Shown one piece after another: positions 1-11,967 of a DNA stretch of 30,235 bases (the first letter of the stretch is position 1; each line of letters starts with the position of its first letter). The DNA lies in NCBI GenBank assembly GCA_040754455.1, contig JBFMCP010000037.1:1-30235 (forward strand). The letters are read 5' to 3'. The notes under the pieces are model-generated. The model was given only the letters and a program-made list of their open reading frames with translations. It was not told where the DNA came from and did not search any database. The translations under genes were made by a program, and so were the position numbers. This stretch comes from Nitrospirota bacterium (lineage in GTDB: Bacteria; Nitrospirota; Thermodesulfovibrionia; Thermodesulfovibrionales; Dissulfurispiraceae).

Positions 1-128
1 CCGGAGATAACGTGACGATAACGGTAGAGCTGATTGCACCCATTGCCATGGAGAAGGAACTGAGATTCGCTATCAGAGAAGGCGGTAGGACCGTGGGTGC
101 AGGCGTCGTTACCGAAATACTGGGGTAA
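1..128 (+). CDS. tuf: Elongation factor Tu, C-terminal end (5' partial)
   Basis: Frame from nt 3 reads [41 protein letters not shown], the EF-Tu C-terminus; TAA at 126-128. Confidence 0.98.
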   Translation, partial: GDNVTITVELIAPIAMEKELRFAIREGGRTVGAGVVTEILG

Positions 129-131
129 GCA

Positions 132-284
132 ATGAGAGAGATCATACTGTTTCAGTGTACAGAGTGCAAGAACAAGAATTATTCGAGTATGAAGAACAAG
201 AAGAATACTCCTGACAAGCTTCAGCTCAACAAATACTGCAGGCACTGCAGAAAGCATACACCGCATAAGGAGACGAAGGCGTAA
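132..284 (+). CDS. rpmG: 50S ribosomal protein L33, Zn-binding (C+) form, 50 aa
   Basis: Manual translation [50 protein letters not shown]; two CxxC; lies between tuf and tRNA-Trp/secE; below the ORF-track cutoff. Confidence 0.97.
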   Translation: MREIILFQCTECKNKNYSSMKNKKNTPDKLQLNKYCRHCRKHTPHKETKA

Positions 285-287
285 AGT

Positions 288-363
288 AATTTAAAATGAA
301 AAATGCAAAGGTAAAAATTGAGGAGTTCTTTATTTTTTACTTTTGCATTTTGAACTTTGCATT
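288..363. repeat. Heptamer-periodic imperfect inverted repeat (AAAATGC-type)
   Basis: aaaatga aaaatgc aaaggta aaaatt ... ttttac ttttgca ttttgaa ctttgca. Confidence 0.7.
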
Positions 364-371
364 ATCGGGAT

Positions 372-447
372 AGGCCAGTAGCTCTAACGGCAGAGCATCG
401 GACTCCAAATCCGAGGGTTGGGGGTTCAAATCCCTCCTGGCCTGCCA
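372..447 (+). tRNA. tRNA-Trp (CCA)
   Basis: 76-nt cloverleaf AGGCCAG...CTGGCCT-G-CCA; anticodon arm TCGGA-CT-CCA-AA-TCCGA; GTTCAAATC T-loop; canonical position before secE. Confidence 0.98.
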
Positions 448-457
448 CTTAACTTGC

Positions 458-548
458 AAGTGAGAAGTAAGAACTGAGAAGTGAGAGGTAAAAAGGGAAG
501 TACTTCTTAGCCCCATTTCCTGCTTCTTACTTGTCTTGCTTCTCACTT
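458..548. repeat. Heptamer-periodic inverted repeat (AAGTRAG-type)
   Basis: aagtgag aagtaag aactgag aagtgag ... cttctta cttgtct tgcttct cactt. Confidence 0.85.
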
Positions 549-564
549 AGAAAAAGGAGCGGGG

Positions 565-750
565 ATGATTGAAAGGGTCAAAGTTTTTTTTAATGATGTA
601 AAGGTCGAGGCCAAGAAGGTGAACTATCCCTCGAAGGACGAACTGATAGGCTCCACATGGGTGGTCATCACTACCGTCATCATCGCATCGGTGTTTCTCG
701 GTATCATTGATTTGGGGCTCGCCAAGATCATACAACTGTTGGTAAGGTAA
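565..750 (+). CDS. secE: Preprotein translocase subunit SecE
   Basis: EAKKVNYPSKDEL motif plus a single TM helix; SD AAGGAG; between tRNA-Trp and nusG. Confidence 0.96.
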   Translation: MIERVKVFFNDVKVEAKKVNYPSKDELIGSTWVVITTVIIASVFLGIIDLGLAKIIQLLVR

Positions 751-755
751 GGGCA

Positions 756-1280
756 ATGGCAAAGAACTGGTATGTTGTGCACACCTATTCCGGCTATGAG
801 GAAAAGGTAAAGACATCGATAGAGGAGAAGGTAAAGCTCAAAGGCCTTGAGGACAGGATATCCCGCATCCTCATCCCCACCGAAAAGATTGTAGAGCTCA
901 AGGGAAAGAAGAAAAAGGAGACGGACAAGAAGTTTTACCCCGGCTATATCCTGGTCGAGATGGAACTGGATGATGATACATGGCATCTTATCAAGAATAC
1001 CCTTCGCGTCACCGGTTTTGTCGGCGGTACCAGGCCGGTTCCCCTTCCTGAAGAGGAGGTGGAGGTCATTCTTCAGCAGATGGAGAAGGGACCTGCACCG
1101 CAGGTGAAGAGCCAGTACGAGAAGGGGGAGAGCGTGAGGATCACCGATGGCCCTTTCAGCAACTTCGTCGGCTATGTTGATGAGGTCGATATGGACCACG
1201 GCAGGCTGCGTGTCATGGTCAGCATCTTCGGCAGGCAGACGCCGGTTGAGCTTGCATTCTCCCAGGTGGAGAAAGCGTAA
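756..1280 (+). CDS. nusG: Transcription termination/antitermination factor NusG
   Basis: WYVVHTYSGYEEKVK, FYPGYILVEM, KOW motif VRITDGPF, VSIFGRQTPVEL. Confidence 0.99.
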   Translation: MAKNWYVVHTYSGYEEKVKTSIEEKVKLKGLEDRISRILIPTEKIVELKGKKKKETDKKFYPGYILVEMELDDDTWHLIKNTLRVTGFVGGTRPVPLPEEEVEVILQQMEKGPAPQVKSQYEKGESVRITDGPFSNFVGYVDEVDMDHGRLRVMVSIFGRQTPVELAFSQVEKA

Positions 1281-1285
1281 TCGAG

Positions 1286-1371
1286 AGTTCATGGTTGATA
1301 GTTCATGGTTCACCGCAGGGAGAACAAGTCATTTCAAATGACCATGAACAATGAACTGTGAACCATGAACT
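1286..1371. repeat. Heptamer-periodic inverted repeat (GTTCAYR-type)
   Basis: agttcat ggttgat agttcat ggttcac ... atgaaca atgaact gtgaacc atgaact; inner hairpin gtcattt-c-aaatgac. Confidence 0.88.
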
Positions 1372-1388
1372 AACTTTGGAGGAGAGAG

Positions 1389-1817
1389 ATGGCGAAGAAA
1401 GAAGTCGTAGCACAGGTGAAGCTTGTTATACCTGCGGGAAAGGCAAACCCGGCACCCCCGGTGGGACCGGCCCTCGGACCGCACGGAATCAATATCATGG
1501 AGTTCTGTAAGCAGTTTAATGCACAGACACAGAAGATGGGTGATACCCTGATCCCTGCGGTGCTGAGCATTTACAATGACCGCTCCTTTACCTTTATCCT
1601 CAAGACGCCCCCTGCATCGGAGCTGATCAAAAAGGCCGCGGGTATTGTGAAGGGCTCCAGTGTTCCCAATAAAGACAAGGTCGGAGCATTGACCGGCGCT
1701 CAGGTTGAGGAGATCGCAAAGACGAAGCTCCCGGACCTGAATACCACCTCGCTTGATGCGGCAAAGATGATCATCAAAGGCACCGCACGAAGCATGGGCG
1801 TGGAAATAAAGGAATAG
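1389..1817 (+). CDS. rplK: 50S ribosomal protein L11
   Basis: [33 protein letters not shown]. Confidence 0.99.
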   Translation: MAKKEVVAQVKLVIPAGKANPAPPVGPALGPHGINIMEFCKQFNAQTQKMGDTLIPAVLSIYNDRSFTFILKTPPASELIKKAAGIVKGSSVPNKDKVGALTGAQVEEIAKTKLPDLNTTSLDAAKMIIKGTARSMGVEIKE

Positions 1818-1830
1818 GGAGGAACGGCAC

Positions 1831-2520
1831 ATGGGCAAGAAACTTGACGCGGTAGAAGGGAAAATTGATCTGACCAAGGAATACGCCCTTGAGGAGGCAA
1901 TTGCGTTGCTCAAGGAGAGTACCTTTACCAAGTTCGACGAGACGGTCGATATGGCGATAAATCTCGGAGTCGATGCGAAGAAGTCGGACCAGATGGTGCG
2001 CGGTACCGTAGTCCTCCCCTATGGAACAGGGAAACCGGTCCGCGTCCTGGTCTTTGCAAAGGGAGAAAAGGAGAAGGAGGCTCGAGAGGCGGGTGCCGAT
2101 TATGTCGGTGCAGAGGACATGGTAGAGAAGATCCAGCAGGGATGGCTTGAATTTGATAGGGCAGTTGCTACCCCCGATCTGATGGGTCTGGTAGGCAAGC
2201 TCGGAAAGGTCCTCGGTCCGCGGGGCCTTATGCCCAACCCCAAACTGGGGACGGTCACCTTTGACATTGCTAAGGCGGTAAAGGAGATCAAGGCCGGTAA
2301 GGTTGAATACAAAGTAGAGAAGGCCGGCATTGTGCATGTCCCTGTCGGCAAGATATCTTTCGATAAGGAAAAGCTGGTCGAGAACACTATGGCGATCTTG
2401 AAGTCCGTTTCAAGGGCAAAACCCGCTGCATCAAAGGGTAGATACATAAAGAAGATCACCATGTCCTCGACCATGGGGCCCGGCATCAAGATCGACGTCA
2501 GCCGGCTGAAAGTAGCATAG
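1831..2520 (+). CDS. rplA: 50S ribosomal protein L1
   Basis: [40 protein letters not shown]. Confidence 0.99.
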   Translation: MGKKLDAVEGKIDLTKEYALEEAIALLKESTFTKFDETVDMAINLGVDAKKSDQMVRGTVVLPYGTGKPVRVLVFAKGEKEKEAREAGADYVGAEDMVEKIQQGWLEFDRAVATPDLMGLVGKLGKVLGPRGLMPNPKLGTVTFDIAKAVKEIKAGKVEYKVEKAGIVHVPVGKISFDKEKLVENTMAILKSVSRAKPAASKGRYIKKITMSSTMGPGIKIDVSRLKVA

Positions 2521-2615
2521 GAAAAAGTAAGAAGTAAAAAGTAAGAAGTGAGAAGTTGAAGAATAATAAATATAATCCGAACACTTCCCACTTTCTGCTT
2601 TTTGACTTCCCTCTT
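2521..2615. repeat. Heptamer-periodic inverted repeat (AAGTRAG-type)
   Basis: aagtaag aagtaaa aagtaag aagtgag aagttg ... cttccca ctttctg ctttttg acttccc tctt. Confidence 0.8.
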
Positions 2616-2643
2616 GATGCAGGCGTAGCCTGTATGAATACAT

Positions 2644-2724
2644 GTCAGAGACAGTAGGCAGTGTGGCGCCGGGCAGTAGCACGGAGTCCGCTTTAATCGG
2701 TCACAATGACCGGCCTGCCGAGAC
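2644..2724 (+). ncRNA. Ribosomal protein L10 leader (autogenous control element)
   Basis: GTCAGAGACAGTAGGC ... TTAA ... GCCTGCCGAGAC matches the L10-leader signature (GACAGYAGG...TTAA...CCTRCCGAG), directly upstream of rplJ. Confidence 0.85.
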
Positions 2725-2730
2725 AACACA

Positions 2731-2795
2731 AGACTGAAACATTGAAAATTGAAGATGCTCAGCGTAGGTTTTAATTGTTCAGTTTTCAATCGTCT
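2731..2795. repeat. Heptamer-periodic inverted repeat (ATTGAAA-type) in the rplJ leader
   Basis: agactgaaac attgaaa attgaa ... ttcagtt ttcaatc gtct. Confidence 0.7.
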
Positions 2796-2825
2796 CACCT
2801 CTCGTCTCTGGGAAAGGAGGAAGGT

Positions 2826-3347
2826 CTGATTACCAAGGAGAAGAAATCCGAACAGGTAGCAGAGCTTGCAGAAAAGTTTTCCCGATCCACGGCGGTGGTA
2901 TTCACCGAATACAAGGGACTGACCGTTGCGGAAATCGCCGAGCTCAGGAAGCTTCTGAAAGAGGCTGACGCGGAGTATAAAGTCGCCAAAAATACGCTCG
3001 TCAACATCGCGGCACAAGGGACTCCGGTCGAATCCGCAAAGGATGTCTTTACCGGTCCTACCGGCATTGCCTTCGGGTATGGCGATCCCGTAGCCGCAGC
3101 AAAGAAGGTCCTTGAATTCTCCGGAAAGAACGACAAGTTCAAGGTAAAGAGCGGGATTGTCGATGGGAAGCTCTTCTCGGTTGCCGAGATCAAGGAGATG
3201 TCCAAATTGCCGTCGAAACCAGTGCTGTTGAGCATGATGGCAGGGGCGTTCCAGGCACCGCTGTCCAAGCTGGCCGCTGCATTAAACGCAACGGTAGCGC
3301 AGTTTGGCTACGCATTGAATTCACTAAAAGATAAGAAAAGCGCATAA
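2826..3347 (+). CDS. rplJ: 50S ribosomal protein L10 (probable CTG start)
   Basis: [43 protein letters not shown] (2815-2820) is followed by in-frame CTG (2826) and ATT (2829), giving 173 aa. The ORF-track TTG at 2775 lies inside a leader hairpin. Confidence 0.95.
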   Translation: MITKEKKSEQVAELAEKFSRSTAVVFTEYKGLTVAEIAELRKLLKEADAEYKVAKNTLVNIAAQGTPVESAKDVFTGPTGIAFGYGDPVAAAKKVLEFSGKNDKFKVKSGIVDGKLFSVAEIKEMSKLPSKPVLLSMMAGAFQAPLSKLAAALNATVAQFGYALNSLKDKKSA

Positions 3348-3361
3348 AGGAGGACGTTGCA

Positions 3362-3745
3362 ATGGCAATTACCAAGGAAGATGTATTCAGCTTTATCGAC
3401 AATATGACGATTCTCGACATGTCACAGTTCATCAAGGAATTCGAGGAGAGATACGGCGTTACCGCTGCCGCTCCGGTCGCGGTTGCCGCGGCTCCCGCAG
3501 CGGGAGCTGCTCCCGCAGCAGCAGCTGAGGAGAAGACGAGCTTTGATGTGGTGCTTGCTGCTGCCGGCGACAAGAAGATCCAGGTCATCAAGGTCGTACG
3601 AGAGCTGACCGGACTCGGCCTCAAAGAGGCAAAAGACATGGTCGACGGAGCACCGAAACCGGTGAAGACCGGCGTGTCGAAGGAAGAGGCGGATGCCATA
3701 AAGGCTAAGCTCGAGGCAGAAGGTGCGAAAGTAGAAATAAAGTAG
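3362..3745 (+). CDS. rplL: 50S ribosomal protein L7/L12
   Basis: Ala-rich hinge, [30 protein letters not shown]. Confidence 0.99.
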   Translation: MAITKEDVFSFIDNMTILDMSQFIKEFEERYGVTAAAPVAVAAAPAAGAAPAAAAEEKTSFDVVLAAAGDKKIQVIKVVRELTGLGLKEAKDMVDGAPKPVKTGVSKEEADAIKAKLEAEGAKVEIK

Positions 3746-3763
3746 GTACAAAAGCACGACAGG

Positions 3764-3810
3764 GAAGTAGGAAGCGGGAGAATTCACCCCGCTTCCTACT
3801 TCTTACTTTT
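3764..3810 (+). terminator. Intrinsic terminator/attenuator between rplL and rpoB, built from AAGTAGG-type heptamers
   Basis: GAAGTAGGAAGCGGG-loop-CCCGCTTCCTACTTC followed by TTACTTTT. Confidence 0.75.
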
Positions 3811-3837
3811 AACATTTAACGCGCAAGAAGGAGAGCT

Positions 3838-6800
3838 ATGGCTAAGCTTTTAAGAGAAAGGGTAAATTTCGGTAAGGTTCCTTTGGTTTTGGATGTACCG
3901 TACCTTGTGGAGTTTCAGAGGAGATCGTTCGAGAAATTTTTACAGAAGGATGCTGCCCATGAGAAGAGGGACGACGAGGGCCTTCAGGCAGCGTTCAACA
4001 GTGTTTTCCCCATATCGGATTACAACGATACCGCATCCATAGAGTTTATCTCCTACGTTCTTGGCGAGCCGAAACTGACACCGAGAGAGAGCATCCTGAA
4101 GGGCTTAACCTACGCCGCACCGCTGAAAATAAAGGTCAGGCTAAATATCTGGGAACGAGATGAAAAAGGCAACAAGCTGCTGAAAGAGTCACGGGAACAG
4201 GAAGTCTATATAGGCGATATGCCTATCATGACCGAGACCGGCAGTTTTATCATAAACGGAACCGAACGGGTCATCGTCAGCCAGCTGCACCGCTCCCCGG
4301 GGGTCTATTTCGCTCCCGACAAGGGCAAGACCCATGCGAGCGGAAGGCTTCTGTACACGGCACGGGCAATTCCTGCAAGAGGCTCATGGCTCGACTTCGA
4401 GTTCGATTCAAAAGACATTCTCTATGTTAGGATCGACCGCCGGAGAAAGCTGCCGGCGACGATCGTGCTCAAGGCATTGGGCTACTCGAATGAAGATCTC
4501 CTGAGGACGTTCTACCCCATTGAGGAGATAAAAATAAAGGGCAAGGATAACTACACCAGAGTGGTAAGCGAGGTGCTCGCCGGTGTCAGGACGAAACAGA
4601 GCATCACCGCCCCGAAGACCCACGAGGTGATTGTAAAAGAAGGAAGCAAGATCACCAAGGGCGCCCTCAAGAAGATGGAAGCGGTCGGGATCAAGGAGAT
4701 CCCGATACCGCATACCGAGATCATCGGCAGGGTTACCCTTACCGATATCGTCGACCCCTCGACGGGCGAGATCATTCTCGACGGCAACAAGGAGATCAGC
4801 GAGGAGGTCTTCTACAAGATCCTTTCTGCCAGGATCGATACGCTCCAGTTGCTGTTCATAGACAACGTTAATTATTTACCTTCCTTCAGGGAGACGCTCC
4901 TTACCGACAAGGTGACCAGGCAGGAGGAGGCATTGAAGGAGATCTACCGGAAACTGAGGCCGGGTGAGCCGGCGACGGAGGACGCTGCGCGCGACCTCTT
5001 CAACGGCCTTTTTTTCGATCCGAAGCGGTACGACCTCTCTGCCGTAGGCCGGCTCAAGGTGAACGAAAAGCTCGGGTTGAATATCCCCCTCGATGTCAGG
5101 GTGCTTACCGCCCAGGACATCGTAGAGATCGTCCGCTACCTTCTGAACCTCAGGACCGGTAAAGGCGAGGTGGATGATATTGACCACCTCGGCAACCGTC
5201 GTATCCGTGGTATTGGCGAGCTTCTGGAAAACCATTTCAGGATCGGCCTGGTGCGTATGGAAAGGGCGATCAAGGAGAAAATGACGCTCACCGAGCTCGA
5301 TACCGCCATGCCCCATGACCTGATCAATGCGAAACCGGTGATGGCTGCAGTGAAGGAGTTTTTCGGGTCGAGCCAGCTGAGCCAGTTTATGGATCAGACC
5401 AACCCCCTTTCGGAAATTACCCATAAGAGGAGATTATCCGCCCTCGGTCCGGGCGGCCTGACGAGAGAGCGGGCAGGCTTCGAGGTGCGTGACGTTCATC
5501 CGACGCATTATGGCAGAATATGCCCGATTGAAACGCCGGAAGGTCCGAACATCGGACTGATCACCTCGCTTGCGTCCTATGCGAAGATCAACGATTTCGG
5601 CTTCATCGAAGCGCCGTACCGGAAGGTGGTCGATGGCCGCGTTACCAAAGATATAGAATACCTCTCCGCGATACAGGGTGAGAACTTCGTTATTGCAGAG
5701 GCGACATCGCCGGTGGACAAGAAAGGCAATCTGATCGGTGAGACGGTTTCCGCCCGTGTCGGCGGAGATTTCAAAATCGTCTCTCCCCAGGAAGTTCAAT
5801 ACATGGACGTATCACCCAAACAGATCGTCAGCGTCTCTGCTTCGCTGATCCCCTTCCTGGAGAACGACGACGCAAACAGGGCGCTCATGGGATCGAACAT
5901 GCAGCGTCAGGCGGTCCCGCTGCTTATCTCCGAGGCGCCCATCGTCGGCACCGGTATGGAGCATGCTGCCGCGAAGGATTCGGGCTGGCTTGTCCTTGCC
6001 CGGAGGTCCGGCGTGGTCGAGAGTGTCGATTCCGCACGTATCGTCGTGAGGGCGACTGAGGAAGGCGGCGTTGATATCTACAACCTCGTCAAGTTCCACC
6101 GCTCCAACCAGGGCACCTGCATGACCCAGAAGCCGATCGTGAACGTCGGTGATGTGGTCGAAAAGGGAGATATACTGGCCGACGGCCCTTCCACCGACCT
6201 CGGTGAGCTGGCGCTGGGCAAGAATGTTATTGTTGCCTTCATGCCCTGGGGAGGATACAACTTTGAGGACGCGATCCTTCTGAATGAGCGTCTGGTGAAG
6301 GAAGATGCCTATACCTCGATTCATATTGAAGAATTCGAGGTTGAGGCGCGGGATACCAAGCTTGGCCCCGAAGATATTACGCGGGACATCCCCAATGTGG
6401 GAGAGGAAGCGCTGAAAGACCTCGACGAGAGCGGTATCATCAGAATCGGTGCTGAGGTAAAGCCCGGTGATATTCTTGTCGGAAAGGTAACGCCGAAAGG
6501 CGAGACCATGCTCACCCCCGAAGAGAAGCTCCTGAGAGCGATCTTCGGTGAGAAGGCGGAAGAGGTCAAGGAGAGCTGCCTCTATGTACCGCCCGGAATC
6601 GAAGGCGTTGTCGTTGATGTACGCGTCCTCTCGAGAAAAGGCATCGAGAAGGACGTACGGACAAAGAGCATCGAAGAAGAAGACATCAACAGGCTCCAGA
6701 GGGACCTCGAAGAGGAGGTCAAGATCCTCAAAGAGGAGAAAGCAGCAAAGATCCGCAAACTGCTTGCGAACCAGAAGCTTGCAGAAGACTTCAGGGATCC

Positions 6801-7773
6801 GAAGAACAAGGAGCTTATCGGCGCAAAAGGCAAAAAACTGACTGAGGCCCAGCTGAGCAAGATCAAAGACGACCATCTCATGCGCATCAAGATCGACGAC
6901 CTCGATGTCAGGAACAAGATAGAGGAGCTTAACGGCGAAGTGATGCAGTATATACGATATCTTGAATCCCGCTACCAGGAACGCATCGACCGCGTCAAGA
7001 AGGGCGATGAGCTGTCGCCGGGGGTCAACAAGATCGTCAAGGTCTATATAGCGATGAAGAGAAAGATCCAGGTGGGAGATAAAATGGCAGGCCGGCACGG
7101 TAATAAAGGTGTTGTATCGATGATCATGCCTGAAGAGGATATGCCCTATCTCCCCGACGGCACTCCTGTGGACATCGTGCTGAATCCCTTGGGCGTCCCC
7201 TCCCGAATGAACGTGGGACAGATCCTCGAGATTCATCTGGGATGGGCTGCCAAGGCGCTCGGCCTCCATGTCTCGACGCCGGTATTCGAAGGGGCCAAGG
7301 AGAGCGAGATCAAGGGCCTTCTTACAAAGGCAGGGCTTCCCACGTCAGGGCAGATAACCCTCTATGACGGCAAGACCGGCGAACCCTTCAAGCGGCCGGT
7401 TACGGTGGGCTGCATGTATATGCTGAAACTGCACCACCTCGTTGCCGACAAGATCCATGCCCGGTCCATCGGACCGTACTCGCTTGTTACCCAGCAGCCG
7501 CTCGGCGGTAAGGCGCAGTTCGGCGGCCAGAGGCTGGGTGAAATGGAAGTCTGGGCACTCGAGGCCTACGGTGCAGCACACACGCTGCAGGAATTCCTGA
7601 CCGTGAAGAGTGACGACATTACCGGAAGATCACGCATGTATGAGGCGATCGTGAAAGGCGATCCCGTTCTCGAGCCCGGCGTGCCCGAGTCGTTCCATGT
7701 ATTAATAAAAGAGCTCCAGAGCCTCGGCCTTGACGTCGAGCTTCTGGAGAAAAAGAAAAAGAGGGAGGAATAG
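3838..7773 (+). CDS. rpoB: RNA polymerase beta subunit
   Basis: 1311 aa; [56 protein letters not shown]. Confidence 0.99.
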   Translation: MAKLLRERVNFGKVPLVLDVPYLVEFQRRSFEKFLQKDAAHEKRDDEGLQAAFNSVFPISDYNDTASIEFISYVLGEPKLTPRESILKGLTYAAPLKIKVRLNIWERDEKGNKLLKESREQEVYIGDMPIMTETGSFIINGTERVIVSQLHRSPGVYFAPDKGKTHASGRLLYTARAIPARGSWLDFEFDSKDILYVRIDRRRKLPATIVLKALGYSNEDLLRTFYPIEEIKIKGKDNYTRVVSEVLAGVRTKQSITAPKTHEVIVKEGSKITKGALKKMEAVGIKEIPIPHTEIIGRVTLTDIVDPSTGEIILDGNKEISEEVFYKILSARIDTLQLLFIDNVNYLPSFRETLLTDKVTRQEEALKEIYRKLRPGEPATEDAARDLFNGLFFDPKRYDLSAVGRLKVNEKLGLNIPLDVRVLTAQDIVEIVRYLLNLRTGKGEVDDIDHLGNRRIRGIGELLENHFRIGLVRMERAIKEKMTLTELDTAMPHDLINAKPVMAAVKEFFGSSQLSQFMDQTNPLSEITHKRRLSALGPGGLTRERAGFEVRDVHPTHYGRICPIETPEGPNIGLITSLASYAKINDFGFIEAPYRKVVDGRVTKDIEYLSAIQGENFVIAEATSPVDKKGNLIGETVSARVGGDFKIVSPQEVQYMDVSPKQIVSVSASLIPFLENDDANRALMGSNMQRQAVPLLISEAPIVGTGMEHAAAKDSGWLVLARRSGVVESVDSARIVVRATEEGGVDIYNLVKFHRSNQGTCMTQKPIVNVGDVVEKGDILADGPSTDLGELALGKNVIVAFMPWGGYNFEDAILLNERLVKEDAYTSIHIEEFEVEARDTKLGPEDITRDIPNVGEEALKDLDESGIIRIGAEVKPGDILVGKVTPKGETMLTPEEKLLRAIFGEKAEEVKESCLYVPPGIEGVVVDVRVLSRKGIEKDVRTKSIEEEDINRLQRDLEEEVKILKEEKAAKIRKLLANQKLAEDFRDPKNKELIGAKGKKLTEAQLSKIKDDHLMRIKIDDLDVRNKIEELNGEVMQYIRYLESRYQERIDRVKKGDELSPGVNKIVKVYIAMKRKIQVGDKMAGRHGNKGVVSMIMPEEDMPYLPDGTPVDIVLNPLGVPSRMNVGQILEIHLGWAAKALGLHVSTPVFEGAKESEIKGLLTKAGLPTSGQITLYDGKTGEPFKRPVTVGCMYMLKLHHLVADKIHARSIGPYSLVTQQPLGGKAQFGGQRLGEMEVWALEAYGAAHTLQEFLTVKSDDITGRSRMYEAIVKGDPVLEPGVPESFHVLIKELQSLGLDVELLEKKKKREE

Positions 7774-10700
7774 GTGATCGAAGATATTTATGCCCTTTTC
7801 CAGAAACCGAAGAACCCCAAGGACTTCGATGCAATACGGATCAAGCTTGCATCGCCTGAAAAGATACGGGAGTGGTCCTACGGAGAGGTAAAGAAACCGG
7901 AGACCATCAACTACCGTACGTTCAAACCCGAGCGCGACGGCCTGTTCTGTGCGAAGATCTTCGGTCCTGTAAAGGACTGGGAGTGCCTCTGCGGAAAGTA
8001 CAAGAGGATGAAGCACCGGGGCGTGATCTGCGACAAGTGCGGCGTCGAGGTCATTCAATCAAAGGTCAGAAGAGAGCGGATGGGGCACATCGAACTCGCA
8101 ACTCCCGTCGCCCATGTCTGGCTTTTGAGAGGCGTGCCGAGCAGAATAGGAACGCTCCTCGATATGACCATACGGCAGCTTGAGAAGGTCCTGTATTTCG
8201 AAGAGTACGTTGTTATTGATGGCGGCGATACGCCGCTGAAAGAGAAGGAGCTGCTTTCCGAGGAGGAATATAAAAAGAAACTCTCCGAGTTCGGCAACCG
8301 CTTCAAGGCGGGTATGGGGGCCGAGGCGATCAGGGAGCTCCTGAGAAAGGTCGATCTCGAGGCCCTTGCAAAAGAGCTCAAGGAAAAGATCGATTCCGTC
8401 TCGTCCATCGGAGTGAAAAGGAGACTCTCGAAGAGGATCAAGACCGTTGAGGCGTTCCTGAGGTCCGAGAACAAGCCCGACTGGATGATCCTGGATATCG
8501 TTCCGGTGCTGCCCCCGGACCTGAGGCCTCTCGTTCCTCTCGACGGCGGTCGCTTCGCTACCTCTGACCTCAATGACCTCTACCGGAGAGTCATCAACCG
8601 GAACAACAGACTCAAGAGATTGATGGAGCTGAAGGCGCCGAGCGTCATTATAAAAAACGAGAAGAGAATGCTCCAGGAGGCGGTCGACGCACTCTTCGAC
8701 AACAGCAAACGCTCAAAAGTCCTGAAGGCCGGCGGCAAGAGGGCACTCAAGTCGCTGAGCGACATGATCAAAGGAAAACAGGGCCGCTTCAGACAGAACC
8801 TGCTCGGTAAGAGAGTGGATTATTCGGGCCGTTCCGTCATCGTTGTCGGTCCCGAGCTCAAGATGAACCAGTGCGGTCTGCCGAAGCGCATGGCCCTCGA
8901 GCTCTTCAAGCCCTTTGTCTTCAACAAGCTTGAGGAAAAAGGATATGCCACGACCATAAAGCAGGCAAAGAGGCTGGTCGAGAAGGAGCGGCCTGAAGTC
9001 TGGGATGCGCTCGAAGACGTGATCAGCGAGCATCCGGTGCTCCTGAACCGCGCACCGACCCTCCACCGCCTCGGTATCCAGGCCTTTGATCCGGTGCTGG
9101 TCGAAGGTAAGGCGATCAAGCTCCACCCGCTTGTCTGTACGGCATTCAACGCCGATTTCGATGGTGACCAGATGGCAGTGCATGTGCCGCTGTCGATCGA
9201 GGCGCAGATCGAGGCGCGGGTGCTGATGCTCTCGATCAACAATCTCCTTTCGCCTGCGAACGGCAAGCCCATTGTGGTGCCGACACAGGACATGGTCCTG
9301 GGTATCTACTATCTGACAAAGCAGAAAAAGGGCGCACGGGGTGAAGGAAAGCCCTTTGCCGATCCCGAAGACGTGCGCATTGCCTATGATGCGGGTGTAG
9401 TCGATGAGCACGCCCTCATCAAGGTAAGAATGAACGGCGGCTTTGTCGAAACGACGGCAGGGCGGATCATCCTCAGCGAAATCCTTCCCAAGGATATTCC
9501 CTTTGCCATGATCAACAAGGAGTTGACGAAGAAGGAGCTGGGTAAGCTCATTGAGTACATCCACAAGACGTCCGGAAGGAGAGAGACCGTCGTATTCCTG
9601 AACGAGCTCGAGCGTCTGGGCTTCAGCTATGCAACGAATTCGGGTATTTCCATAAGCATCGATGATATGCATATCCCTTCCAAGAAGGCGGAGCTGATCA
9701 GAGAGGCCGAGCTGGAGGTCCTGGAAGTGCAGCGGCAGTATGCGGACGGCCTTATTACCCAGGGTGAACGCTACAACAAGGTTATCGATATATGGGCGAA
9801 CGTGACCGAGAAGGTCGCTGATGAGATGATGAAGGAGCTGGGCGCCGAGGAGGGCAAGACGCTCACCGAGGAAGAAATCAAAGAGAGCAGGTCCTTCAAC
9901 AGCATCTTCATGATGGCCGATTCGGGTGCCCGGGGCAGCGCGGCCCAGATCAGGCAGCTCGCCGGAATGAGAGGTCTCATGGCAAAGCCTTCGGGTGAGA
10001 TCATCGAGACCCCGATTACCGCGAACTTCAGAGAGGGCCTGACCCCGTTGCAGTACTTTATCTCGACGCACGGTGCACGTAAAGGTCTCGCCGATACGGC
10101 GTTGAAGACCGCAAATGCAGGATACCTCACGAGAAGGCTTGTGGACGTTGCGCAGGATGTTATTCTTACTGAGCACGATTGCGGCACGAGAGAGGGCATT
10201 ACCGTGGTCCCGCTTATCGAAGGCGGCGAGATCATCCAGCCGCTCGAGGAGAGGATCTTCGGAAGGACGCTTGCAGAGACGTTGAAAGATCCGGTCACCG
10301 GTGAGGTTATCGCGCAGAAGAACACTGAAGTCGATGACGAGCTCGCCAAGAAGATCGTCGAAGCGGGCATCGACCGCGTGAAGATCAGGTCGGTGCTCAC
10401 CTGCCACTCCAGAGTCGGCGTGTGCGGGAAGTGCTACGGCAGAGACCTTGCGCGGGGCGGCAGGATCGAGATCGGCGAAGCGATCGGCATCATTGCCGCG
10501 CAGTCCATCGGCGAGCCCGGTACACAGCTCACCATGAGAACCTTCCATATCGGCGGCGCGGCGACCAAGGTCATCGAGCAGGCAACGCTCGAAGCCAAGA
10601 ACGCCGGCTTCGTGAAGTTCATCGATGTGAGCGCCGTCAAGAACAAAGAAGGCGTGCTCATCGTGCTCAACCGTAATGCTATGATCGCTGTTGTGGATAA

Positions 10701-11889
10701 ATCGGGCAGGGAGAAGGAGAAGTACAATCTCGTCTACGGTGCGCGGATATTTGTCGATGACGGACAGAAGGTCGACGCGAACCAGCGCCTCGTGGAATGG
10801 GATCCTTATTCCACTCCCATTCTGACCGAGATCGGCGGCAGGATCGCCCTCGGCGATATCGTGGAAGGCGTCACCTTCAAGGAAGAGGTGGACGAAACCA
10901 CCGGTCTGGCACATAAGGTTGTAATCGATTATCCGGCTAACATGAGGCCGAGAATCTCGATCAAGGACGAGCACGGCAAAACCGTCAGGAGCCCGGGAAC
11001 CAACAACCCCGCACGGTATCTGCTGCCTGCTGGAGCGCACATTCTCGTCGACAAGGGTGATGTGATCGCCCCTGGTGATATCCTTGCGAAGATCCCGCGA
11101 GAGACCACCAAGACGAAGGACATCACCGGCGGTCTCCCGAGGGTTGCGGAGCTCTTCGAGGCACGGAAACCGAAGGAGCAGACCATTGTCAGTGAGATCG
11201 ACGGCATCGTTGAGTTCAGAGGCGCCCATAAGGGAATGCGCGTCGTTACTGTGAAAGGCGGCAGTGAGACGAGAGAATACCATATTCCGAAGGGCAAGCA
11301 CGTTACGGTTCATGAGGGTGACTGGGTGAAAGCCGGAGAGCCGCTGATGGACGGGGCGGTGAATCCGCACAGCATTCTGGATATCCTCGGCCCCAAGGAG
11401 CTGCAGAGCTACCTCGTTGACGAAGTCCAGAAGGTGTACCGTCTGCAGGGCGTCTCGATCAACGATAAGCATATCGAGGTGATCGTCCGGCAGATGATGC
11501 GGAAGATACGCATCGAAGACCCCGGCGACACCGCATTCCTCATCGGCGACGAAGTCGATCGCATGGTCTTTGCCGATGAGAACGAGCGGGTGAGAAGCAA
11601 TGGTGGAAGACCTGCACAGGGCAGGCCGCTGCTCCTCGGCATCACCAAGGCATCGCTCTCGACAGAGAGCTGGGTATCAGCTGCATCATTCCAGGAGACG
11701 ACGAGGGTGCTGACCGAGGCGGCATTGAGTGGCATGGTCGATGAGCTGAGAGGTCTGAAAGAAAACGTGATTATGGGAAGAATCATCCCGGCAGGCTCCG
11801 GAATGCAGACCTACCGTGACACCTTCATCAAGGGCGACTTCTACACTATGCAGCTTGAGCACGAAAAAGAAAAAGTAGAACAGCAATAA
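7774..11889 (+). CDS. rpoC: RNA polymerase beta' subunit
   Basis: 1371 aa; GTG start with GGGAGG SD inside the end of rpoB; catalytic NADFDGD; both Zn sites; [16 protein letters not shown]. Confidence 0.99.
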   Translation: MIEDIYALFQKPKNPKDFDAIRIKLASPEKIREWSYGEVKKPETINYRTFKPERDGLFCAKIFGPVKDWECLCGKYKRMKHRGVICDKCGVEVIQSKVRRERMGHIELATPVAHVWLLRGVPSRIGTLLDMTIRQLEKVLYFEEYVVIDGGDTPLKEKELLSEEEYKKKLSEFGNRFKAGMGAEAIRELLRKVDLEALAKELKEKIDSVSSIGVKRRLSKRIKTVEAFLRSENKPDWMILDIVPVLPPDLRPLVPLDGGRFATSDLNDLYRRVINRNNRLKRLMELKAPSVIIKNEKRMLQEAVDALFDNSKRSKVLKAGGKRALKSLSDMIKGKQGRFRQNLLGKRVDYSGRSVIVVGPELKMNQCGLPKRMALELFKPFVFNKLEEKGYATTIKQAKRLVEKERPEVWDALEDVISEHPVLLNRAPTLHRLGIQAFDPVLVEGKAIKLHPLVCTAFNADFDGDQMAVHVPLSIEAQIEARVLMLSINNLLSPANGKPIVVPTQDMVLGIYYLTKQKKGARGEGKPFADPEDVRIAYDAGVVDEHALIKVRMNGGFVETTAGRIILSEILPKDIPFAMINKELTKKELGKLIEYIHKTSGRRETVVFLNELERLGFSYATNSGISISIDDMHIPSKKAELIREAELEVLEVQRQYADGLITQGERYNKVIDIWANVTEKVADEMMKELGAEEGKTLTEEEIKESRSFNSIFMMADSGARGSAAQIRQLAGMRGLMAKPSGEIIETPITANFREGLTPLQYFISTHGARKGLADTALKTANAGYLTRRLVDVAQDVILTEHDCGTREGITVVPLIEGGEIIQPLEERIFGRTLAETLKDPVTGEVIAQKNTEVDDELAKKIVEAGIDRVKIRSVLTCHSRVGVCGKCYGRDLARGGRIEIGEAIGIIAAQSIGEPGTQLTMRTFHIGGAATKVIEQATLEAKNAGFVKFIDVSAVKNKEGVLIVLNRNAMIAVVDKSGREKEKYNLVYGARIFVDDGQKVDANQRLVEWDPYSTPILTEIGGRIALGDIVEGVTFKEEVDETTGLAHKVVIDYPANMRPRISIKDEHGKTVRSPGTNNPARYLLPAGAHILVDKGDVIAPGDILAKIPRETTKTKDITGGLPRVAELFEARKPKEQTIVSEIDGIVEFRGAHKGMRVVTVKGGSETREYHIPKGKHVTVHEGDWVKAGEPLMDGAVNPHSILDILGPKELQSYLVDEVQKVYRLQGVSINDKHIEVIVRQMMRKIRIEDPGDTAFLIGDEVDRMVFADENERVRSNGGRPAQGRPLLLGITKASLSTESWVSAASFQETTRVLTEAALSGMVDELRGLKENVIMGRIIPAGSGMQTYRDTFIKGDFYTMQLEHEKEKVEQQ

Positions 11890-11898
11890 CAACAGCAC

Positions 11899-11945
11899 AG
11901 GGGCAGAGATAGAGGTGAAAAACACTTTATCCCTGCCCCTTTCTT
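11899..11945 (+). terminator. Probable intrinsic terminator after rpoC
   Basis: AGGGGCAGAGATAGAGGTG-AAAAA-CACTTTATCCCTGCCCCT followed by TTCTT. Confidence 0.7.
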
Positions 11946-11967
11946 CGTCTGCCTTGGCGTGTCGTTT

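Noticed and set aside
337..546. 69-aa minus-strand ORF
   Set aside because: Antisense across tRNA-Trp and heptamer repeats
5350..5580. Rifampicin-resistance substitutions in RpoB
   Set aside because: Cluster I/II residues (Q, D, H, S, I positions) appear wild type
8713..11472. 919-aa minus-strand ORF (and 5812-7269, 485 aa)
   Set aside because: Antisense shadows of rpoC and rpoB caused by codon bias; no recognisable domain
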